NCBI GenBank assembly: GCA_043228905.1
Contig: JBHGNT010000001.1
Span: 1,798,001 to 1,862,000 of the forward strand
Direction: 5' to 3'
Length of the DNA: 64,000 nt
From: Azolla caroliniana
Lineage: Eukaryota > Plantae > Polypodiophyta
Below, in pieces: positions 22,118 through 31,500 of the stretch. Numbering within the stretch: position 1 is the stretch's first letter; the number at the start of each line of letters is the position of its first letter. The notes under the pieces are model-generated. The model was given only the letters and a program-made list of their open reading frames with translations, did no database searches and was not told the origin of the DNA. A program made the position numbers and the translations under genes.

Positions 22118-22915
22118 TGTCGTGAAGAAAACCGTCCATAAGCGGAATCGGCAGACCAAGGCGTGGGAACCGGTTCCTCACGCGCGCACGCTCCAAGTCG
22201 AACATAGAAGCGAGTTAGGAGGATATTCGGCAGGAACGGGCCCTAACACGAGTGGAGACAAAGACCGCGCGAACAGTCTTTTCGGTCGCGCGCGCGAGCT
22301 AAGGGACGACACGAGTCGGCGGCGTAACTACGCGTATGCGTGAAGAACGGAGCGGATCCCTGTTCGAAAGGGACAGGGGATAAAGCTGACATGACGGCCT
22401 GCTCGTCGAGATATATAAGGAACAGGAAAGAGCTGTAAAAGGGGGATCGCGCAGAGAGGAGGAAGTGCTGTCGGACCGTTTCTGGACGCTTCACTCTCTG
22501 TTTCCTTCCTTCTTGAGCTCCATAGCTTTCTGTGCAGAGTTCCGAGGAGGCTCGCGCTGTTTCGAGGAACGCCCGAGTGCTTCCGGCAGCACCTCCGACC
22601 TGCTACCCCCCCCCCTTTGTGCGTTGAAGCGAACAGGCATCGGCATCTGTTCGCCGGCCTGTTCGGTTGCGACCAACCTGTGCCCCATCGGGGGTTGTAG
22701 TCGTGCTAGCCATTTTTCTTAATATACATATTTAGTCATTCGCATCTGTCTGTGCCGGTGTCTGTTCGCGTTCTCCGTGCTGAAGGGCCGTGTCCCTGTG
22801 TATCCCCGGTCCTGCGTAGCCGGTTCTCCCTCTTTCTCCTCCCTCGCTTGCTCTTTGGTTCGAGGCCCCCGCGGTCCCGCCTCGTTTCCACACGCACTTG
22901 CGTAATACCTCGACA
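22118..22915 (+). repeat. Element D 3' LTR
   Basis: Direct repeat of 15635-16432, preceded by the purine-rich GGTTAGGTGGGGGCGGA. Confidence 0.97.
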
Positions 22916-22919
22916 ACGG

Positions 22920-25900
22920 TTTGCACGATAATTGACTTCCGCACAAGTACCATCGACCAGGTCATTGACCGGGTGAGAGAGATGGAAAAGACAAGCTCCT
23001 GGCTCACACTGGGAGCACTCCAACGGGCGTTACCGTTCGATGAAGACCTCCGGTTTCGGCAAGCAATACAGTGCACAACCTGCTTGAATTCCGGACACTC
23101 GGCTCTAGAATGCACTATGAGGACGCAATGTGTAATCTGTCAATCCAAGGGCCATACGACGGATAGGTGTGAGTATAATCTATTGAACCGGCAAGCACCG
23201 CCCGTCCGACAAATTGAGCCACGCAACAGCTAGGATGAAGAAGAGGAACGCTGGCGGCGAATGGACCACGACCGACCGGCACAGGATGTCCGGTATGGCA
23301 ATCGACGGGAGAATGATGTCCAGTACGGTGATCGACGGGAGCACTCCCCCAAGTATCGTCAGCAACGGAAGGAATACGACAGATATAACGGGCAACCCCG
23401 TCAAGAGTACCGCAATAAGAAGAGCTATAACAAAAAACATTTCAAAAAAGGCGGCTACCCATGGGATCCGGAACAAGGAGCTTCAAGCAGCCAACCGGCC
23501 CAAAACCCCGCGCGTACCACAAGACCTGCCTCAGGTACAACAGACAATGTCGAATCCAGCAATACCTGGAAAGCCTACTGCTACTACTGCCGACAGGAAG
23601 GCCATTATAGTAATCAGTGCCCGGTGAAGAGCTATGAAAAACGACCAATGGTAAATATGGTAGTCCCTGAGGTGGCAAATCTGCAGCAGGTGACCACAAG
23701 GTCGAAGGGCATGGCCAAGGAATGGGAGACGCAGGAGACCATCCGGAAACAAGCGACGGAATGGGTGAAGAAAGCAAACGAGCAGAATGTCACAGACTTA
23801 CAACGGCAAAAGGAGAACACCGTAGGGCTTGCCGGCGGCAGTCACTCTGAGAACGAGACATGGCAAGCGTTGCAAGAATGCCAGATTACGCTGCCACTAG
23901 GAAGACTCCTACAACTCGTGCCAAGATTCAAGGAAGGACTGAAGACGGCCATGACGGCAGGAGAATCATCACCGGCACCGATACTCTTCTCGAATCCGGA
24001 GGACGGACCAACGGTGGTGGACACCAACAGTCCGGTAATCACTGCCATTGTAAAAGGGAAAGAACTCCCCGGCACAGTTATAGACGGAGGCTCTAGGGTG
24101 AATGTAATAAGCCTCCGGACGTGTGATGCCCTAGGAATCCACGAGTGGGAGCCGTGTCCGTTCTGGTTGCGGATGGCCGATACAAGCTCAATGCGGCCGA
24201 CGGGATTAATACGGAAATTAGAAGTCATCGTGGGCGGTCATACATTTCACATCTCGGCACTAGTGCTACAATTACAGGCACAAGGCGCATACCCGCTATT
24301 GCTGGGGTGGCCATGGTTGAAAACGGCACATATCAAACAGAATTGGAGGAAAAAAAAAAGCCAAGGTACGGGTACTAACACAGCCAAGGACGAGCACTGG
24401 CAAGGAATGTACACCGTTGTATGCGGAATGCGTCAACATGCTAGAAGGATTAGCTGACGAAGAAGAAGCTCAGTACTTGCAGGAAAACCCGAAGATCATA
24501 CCCCTCTTCGAAATTGACATTGCCAAAGCAGTAGCACCATACTTACCGCAACCGGAAGAGGCTGAAGCAGAACTGGATAAAGACGCGATGATCACACTTC
24601 TCACGGAATTTCGTGATGTGTTCGCCTGGTCATACAAAGACATGCGAGGACTTGACCCTCAGTTATACCAACATCAGGTTCACTTGAGCAAGGACGCAAA
24701 ACCAGTGGCACAAAGACGGTACCAGATGAATCCCAATTATGCCGCCAAAGTCAAGGAGGAAATCGACAAACTGCTAAGAGTTGGCTTTATCCGTCCGGTA
24801 AAGAAAGCGACATGGCTGAGCCTGATCATAGTCGTACCGAAGAAGAACGGAAAAATTCGAGTTTGTGTGGACTACCGGAAACTCAATGCAGCTACGGTAA
24901 CGGATGCGTTTCCACTTCCGTTCACAGATGGAGTGTTGGATGCCGTCACCGGCCATGAGGTCTATAGCTTTCTAGATGGATTCAGCGGGTATAATCAGAT
25001 CCGGATGCACCCCGACGACCAAGAGAAAACGGCCTTCGTCACCGAATGAGGGGTGTTTGTGGCCGTGGTGATGATGTTCGGACTCAAAACGGCATCGGCA
25101 ACATTTCAACGAATCATCATGGAAATCTTTGGTGAATTTATTCCGGCTTTTATGCAGGTTTTCCTTGACGATTTCGCCGTCTATAGCCGGGAGGAGGACC
25201 ATTTTCAGCACCTCCGTCTTTGTCTAGAAAAGTGTAGAGCGTACCGGCTAAGCTTGAATCCGGCAAAGTGTGTATTTGCAGTGGAACTTTATTAGGACAT
25301 ATTGTGAGCCAGGAAGGTATTGCAGTCGACCCGGATAAAGTGAATGCCATATTAGAAGCACCAGCGCCGGCAACGGCAAAGGCATTAAGCCGGTTCTTAG
25401 GCCAGATCCGGTGGCACAGCCGGATGCTCCGGTACTTGGCCGACCTGGCTACACCGTTGCATGCCGCCGTACATCGGACACCATTCTAGTGGACCGACAC
25501 TGAGGATAGGTCCTATAGGGCCCTCAAGGTAATATTGTCGCAAGCACCGGTAGTGCAGCCTCCGGATTGGAGTAAAGAATTTCATGTGTTCGTGGACGCT
25601 TCCGACATCGCGATCGGAAGCGTATTGATGCAGCTTACGGAGCCAAAGTGGTACCGGCCAGTGTACTATGCCAGCTGGAAGCTATCCCAAGCAAAACGGA
25701 ACTACTCTACCACAGAACAGTGCGACAAAGTTTCAACATTATTTATTGGGAAGGAAGTTTTCCTTTCATGTAGATCATTCGGCACTCCTTTACCTGGTGT
25801 CCAAAGCGTCATTCACCGGTAAATTGGCCCGGTGGACCTTACTGTTACAGGAATTTGAGTTTGAAATATTCCACCGACCCGGTATACAGCATGTCGTGGC

Positions 25901-27385
25901 GGATTACTTAAGCCGATTAGAGTCCGGAGAGACGGGTGACGGAGTAGCCGATGAGTTTCCGGATGCCGAGCTGTTTCGAGTCACTACGGAAATGGCAGCA
26001 GATGAGACGGTGGCACAGGAAGACAAGTGGCTCACAAACATGCACCAGTTTCTGAGCACAGGACTGCCTCCGGAAGAGATGAACCGGGACGAACGGAAAC
26101 GCCTGGCGGTGCAAAGCCGACATTTCTGCTTACTACAAGACACACTTTACCACAAGGGCGCGGACGGCATATGGAGACGGGCTGTGCGCAGTGATGAAAA
26201 GGACCTAATACTGAGGGAAGCCCACTGCGGAGTTGCCGGAGGTCACTATGCCGGAGATGCGACGACCAGGAAAATATGGCAAAGTGGCCTATGGTGGCCA
26301 ACGACATTAAGAGATGCGGTATGGTACGCAAAAGAATGTGACCTATGCCAGCGAATGGGCCAGCCAACGGAGCAGGCTCGTATGCCACACCAGCCGGTAC
26401 TACCACTCGAGCCATTCCAGAAGTGGGGGCTGGACTTCGTTGGACCGTTCAAACCACCAGCAATGAGAACAGGTAATCGGTACGTCATCGTCGCGACGGA
26501 TTACTACACGAAATGGGTGGAGGCCAAAGCCTTAAGAGACAACACCGCAGCGTCAACGACGAAATTTCTATACGAGTACATCTAGTGCCGTTACGGATGC
26601 CCAATCGAATTAATAAGCGACCAAGGGGGGCACTTTCTCGGCCAAGTAGTTGAGAGCCTGACGACATTCTATGCCGTTGTCCATAAACGGAGCACACCAT
26701 ACTATCCGCAAGCGAACGGGTTAGCGGAATCGATGAACAAAATGCTCCAGAATATCCTCCGGAAGATCATCAACGAAAACTGAACGGATTGGGATACCAA
26801 GCTACATAGCGCGCTTTGGGCATACCGGACGGCATACAAAACCAGCATCCGAACAACACCGTTCCGGTTAGCGTTCAGACTAGAGGCGGTAATGCCGGTA
26901 GAATTCCAAGTACCCAGCTTACGGATCCAGCTACGGGAACGGCTGAACGAGAAGGAGTCAGAGGCAATACGGTTAACAGCGTTGTGTGAACTCGAGGAAC
27001 AACGACTGGCAAGCATCCTGCACTTAGAATTGGAACAACGGCGACGGAAAGCATTTGTCGACCGGCACAGGAAAGGAAACGAAAAAAATTTCGAAATCGG
27101 CAAACTGGTGTTAGTATTTCAGACCCGGATGGGCAAGATGCCGGGTAAACTACGGTTTAGATGGACCGGACCTACTAGATAGGGACACTTACCGGTGAAG
27201 TGCTAGGCGAATGGGTCAACGGATTCCGATTGAAGCCATATAGAGGACCGATGCCTAAAAACCCATTTGAGCAAAGGACCGACAACGATGAGGGAAACGG
27301 CAACCACCAAGACAGCAGAGACGGAGAGCCGGTAACTGGGGAGAATGAGGCCGATAAGGGTCCGAGAGGACCAACGGACAAGTAA
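22920..27385 (+). pseudogene. Element B gag 3' part and pol (disrupted)
   Basis: Three CCHC knuckles, protease, RT, RNase H and integrase, spread over ORFs from 22898 to 27385 by stops and frameshifts. Confidence 0.9.
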
Positions 27386-27562
27386 CGTCACACTAGTTGT
27401 CATGCAAAAAAAAAAAAAAAACGAAGTAATCATGCAAAAGCGAGGAATGAATGGAGGAAAGAGCGAGGAGCGAAAAGGTACGTAGTGGGCATTTAAAGCT
27501 CCACCACAGGACATAATGCTATTTTAGTACACAACGTGCACACACTCGAAAAAGGCGCCAGA

Positions 27563-27988
27563 ATGCACAGAGAAAAACCACTGCGCGTGGAGAGCTTTTA
27601 CTTTCGCGAACCCAGGAGCACAGAAGCACCAAGGCGCTGCAAGATCATCAGACGAGAACCTACGCACAGAGAACCCCCGCCTTCTGAACTCTCTCTCTCT
27701 CAATCTCACTCTCATCACCACGAGCGGTCCCGGGTTCGGGAAGAAAAAGCACGAGCAGCGGCAACGGTTAACCTTAGTGATGAGGAACCGTCGCCGGCCG
27801 AGGGCCAGCTCGGAACCAGTCAACCGGAGACCACTACGACGGAGACGCCGGTGTCAGAGCAACAAATGGAGAAGCAACCGCAGCAGACATCAACAGAGCA
27901 GCAACAACAACAACAACAACAACCAATTCCGGATGAACCATTGGAGACTCTCGAACAAAGCATTCTGGATATTTTGGACGAAGAATAG
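27563..27988 (+). CDS. Element B extra 3' ORF, unknown function, Gln/Thr-rich
   Basis: Open frame of about 140 codons between pol and the 3' LTR, including a (CAA)n poly-Q. No recognisable domain. Confidence 0.4.
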   Translation: MHREKPLRVESFYFREPRSTEAPRRCKIIRREPTHREPPPSELSLSQSHSHHHERSRVREEKARAAATVNLSDEEPSPAEGQLGTSQPETTTTETPVSEQQMEKQPQQTSTEQQQQQQQQPIPDEPLETLEQSILDILDEE

Positions 27989-28000
27989 CAAGGGTCAGTT

Positions 28001-28042
28001 GTGGATTCGACGTACAAGGTACTGTCCCACGGGCGTGCCATG
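28001..28042 (+). other. tRNA-Arg 3'-end-like structured motif in place of the PPT
   Basis: GTGGATTCGAC-GTACAAGGTAC-TGTCCCACGGGCGTGCCA-TG directly before the LTR. 32/42 identical, without gaps, to 10444-10485. Confidence 0.75.
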
Positions 28043-28470
28043 TGTTACCGGCCGGCAAAGGAGTCCAGACTGTGAAACGGGGAGTTATTTAATTAGTAGG
28101 AATGGTTGTAAGTAACTTATGAGTGTGGACGGATGGACCGGAATCGTTATGCCGTTCTGGATCCGAACCGATCCCGAACAGGTGCGGATGGCACCGTTTT
28201 GTAATACAGACCGGAAACCTAAAGGCCCGGATACAATGTAATGAATAGCGGTTAATTAATAAAGCTTAGTGTTGTTATCTCTCTATGTTAATTGTAGTTC
28301 TGCATTCATTGTTATATCTTACACGTGTGATTATTAAAGACGATCATGCTAAGTAACCTAATTAAGTCAGATTAATCGTTGAGTCTAATCCTGTTGCCGT
28401 AACACCCCTTTAGTGAAGTGTCTTCCGTAGACACCCTGTGTTAGGCCATTGTCCGGCCCTAAGAGTTAAC
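28043..28470 (+). repeat. Element B 3' LTR (terminal A and TSD lost)
   Basis: Direct repeat of 14167-14598. Runs directly into element A gag. Confidence 0.93.
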
Positions 28471-28535
28471 GTGAACCATCGTTTGTCGTTAAGTCATTTA
28501 CAAGAGAAAAAAAGGAAAGAACCGAAGAAGCAATC

Positions 28536-31500
28536 TGTTGGGATTACGGTCCCTCCGGATGGGATGGTCAGATGTCCGGGAACCGGATGATGAAGACCCC
28601 GGCTACGGAGCCGGATGATGAATGTACCCGGAGAGAGATCCGGATGCGGGGACATATTTGTGAATATGTTTGCCAAGGGCCCTTGAGGCTATATTTGTAA
28701 ATAGCCCGAAAGTCATATGTGTATAAATATGACTTAGGGCAAACAGTTTTGAAGTTGTTGCTCACATTTCTGTTTTCCACTTAGAGGGAGCGAAGTGAGA
28801 GCAGCCGAGAGAGAGAGTTGATCCTATTCCTTGGTTGTGGCCGAGCACCGTGTTTAACAAAGTGGTATCAGAGCAAGGTTAACACAGAAAATGGAAGGCG
28901 GCGGTAGTGGGCCCCCGGGCATGATGGTGTTGAACTCACAGAACTACGCCGACTGGAAGATAAAGATGGAAGACCTTCTCATCGTCCGAGACCTGTACGA
29001 ACCGATCGACAATGCCGAGATAACCAAGGGAGTAATAGAGTCGGAGTGGAAGCTCCTGAACCGGAAAGCCGTAGCGACGATCCGGCAATATGTCGATGTA
29101 AGTGTTCTGCAACATGTGGCGAATGATACGAACGCCTATGAGATGTGGCAGAAGCTGTCCGGACTGTATGAGAGGAAGAATGCTCTGACCCGGACCTCCC
29201 TGATGAGGAAGATAGTGAATCTTAAGTACCGAGACGGCGAGAGCATGGTCGAACACGTCAGCACGTTCATGGGATTCGTGAACCAGCTTGCGGCGATCAA
29301 GTTCCCGTTGGATGACGCAATGCAAGCCATCATGCTGATGTGTACCCTTCCGGAGAGCTGGGAGAACTTGGTAGTTACTCTCAGCACCTCCTGTAAGGAA
29401 GAGAACTTGTCTTTACTAACGGTAAAGACAAGTATTCTAAATGAAGAAGCGCGTCGGAGAGATAAAGAACCGGCCTCCGACTCGAAGGCGCTGCTTACCG
29501 AATCGGAACGGGGAAGACAACGGAACCGGAGTCCGCAAAGACGGGAGAAGTCGGGGACACGGTCGCAGTCGAGGGGAAGACCTACATGCTTCTACTGTGG
29601 GAAGCCGGGGCACTTCCAGAAGAACTGTCGGCATTTCCGGAAAGACAACGGAACCGACGGTACCGATTCGAAGAAGTCACCGGAGCGAAACGGTGCATAC
29701 CGGGGAGCCACGGACCGGAGAGGTCCGGATCGGCGAGGGCAGGACCGGAAAGGAACGACGGCACTCGCGGCAAGTGAAGAAGAGATAATGCTCATTACCG
29801 AAGAGAGGGAGCTGAACCTTGCCGGTGAAGAGATGACCTGGGTGGTCGATTCCGGAGCGTCGTTCCACCTGACCCCGGAGAAGAAATACTTCTCATCCTA
29901 CACAGCCGGTGAGCACGGCTGTGTCCGGATGGGAAATGAAGGTACATGCCGGATTGCCGGCATAGGAGACGTGTGGATGATGACATCAACCGGATGCAAG
30001 ATGCTGCTGAAGGATGTCCGTCACGTTCCGGAGGTTCGATTGAACGTGATTTCGGCCGGGAGGCTAGACGATGAAGGCTACACGGGTAGCATCCGGAACG
30101 GTGTCATGAAGCTCAGCAGAGGGAGCCTGATAGTGGCTCGGGCCCGGAAGGTCAACACTCTGTACCTGATGAATTCCCGGCTATGTCCGGAGGAGCTGAA
30201 CGTGGCAGCTGACACTGCCGGTGAGCTATGGCACAAGAGACTGTGCCACATGAGCGAGAAGGGGATGAAGAGACTTGCCGAAGACAACCTGATACTGGTA
30301 AAGCACGTACACTTGGGGAAGTGTACCGACTGTCTGGCCGGTAAGCAAAACCGGACCTCCTTCCGCTCAAGACCACCGATGAGACGTAGTGTACCATTGG
30401 AGTTGGTACACACTGATGTGTGTCAGGTAGAAACGAAGTCACATGGCGGAGCCCAGTACTTCGTAACATTCATAGATGACCATAGCCAGAAGCTGTGGAC
30501 GGCACCGGTGAAGACAAAGGACCAAGTATTGTCCGTCTTCAAAGAACTCCACGCGAGAGTGGAAAGAGAATCCGGCAAGAAGCTGAAAGCACTACGAGCG
30601 GATAACGGAGGAGAATACCGAGGGCAATTTGAGGAGTATTGCCGTTCGATGGGAATCCGGCTCAAGTTTACTGTGCCGAAGACGCCGGAACTGAACGGGC
30701 TGGCCGAGAGGATGAACCGGACCATAATGGAGAGGGTCCGGAGTATGCTGGTGCATGCGAAATTACCCAAGGGGTTTTGGGCTGAGGAAATGTCGACGGC
30801 AACATACGTGATAAACAGATCACCCTCAGTACCTTTGGACGGAGACACGCCACAGAAAGTGTGGACCGGTAAGGAAGTGTCCTACCGGCATCTGAAGGTG
30901 TTCGGGTGTCTCGCATACGTGCATGTGGCAAAGGACCGGAGAGGAAAGCTAGATCCAAAGACCCGGCCATGCATATTCCTCGGTTACAGCGATGACGAGT
31001 TCGGCTACCGAGTATGGGACCCGGTCGACAAAAAGATATTCCGGAGTCGTGATATCATCTTCATGGAGGACAAGACACTCGCCGACTGGGAGTCGGAGAA
31101 GAAGATGAAGAGCTCCAAGTCGACCGGTGAGGATCAACTCTACGAGGAGCAGTCCCGACCGGCAAGGGACCGGTTAGCACTCGAGGATCCGGCCGAAGAC
31201 GGTGAAGAAACAGAACCGGCCGAGGAAGATGAAACTGATACTGGAACCGGCCCCGATCCCGAAATGGATTCGAATGAAGAGGAAACGGAGGAGCCGGTTA
31301 CCGAAGCTCCGGAACGGAGATATCCTCTAAGAGAGAGAAGGGCCCCCCGGAGATTTCCGGAACCAGAGCACGTGCTGCTGACCGACGAGGGGGAGCCGGA
31401 GAGTTTTGAAGAAGCAAAGCTTGACACCCATAGCCGCAGGTGGTTAAGTGCCATGCAGGAGGAGATGGATTCCCTGCATGAGAACCACACATATGAACTT

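Larger units (their letters stand above)
15635..22915 (+). mobile_element. Intact young GC-rich Gypsy of fungal Ylt1-like type (element D)
   Basis: 798-bp LTRs TGTCG..CGACA (15635-16432, 22118-22915) with one difference seen. 4-bp TSD ACGG, tRNA-Trp PBS and two long ORFs. Confidence 0.97.
14167..28470 (+). mobile_element. Non-chromovirus Gypsy (Athila/OTA-like, element B), degenerate, inserted in the 5' LTR of A
   Basis: About 430-bp LTRs at 14167-14599 and 28043-28470, with roughly 14 substitutions and a 4-bp indel. Gag, IDGGS protease, FLDGFSGYNQI/FLDD RT, RNase H and integrase, with several stops and frameshifts. Confidence 0.93.

Noticed and set aside
16632-22205. Many long antisense and alternate-frame ORFs inside element D (and in C/E)
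   Set aside because: Expected in GC-rich coding DNA, and no recognisable domains.
28001-28042. Self-cleaving ribozyme (hammerhead, HDV-like, twister, pistol)
   Set aside because: The conserved catalytic cores could not be matched by eye. The tRNA 3'-end match fits better.
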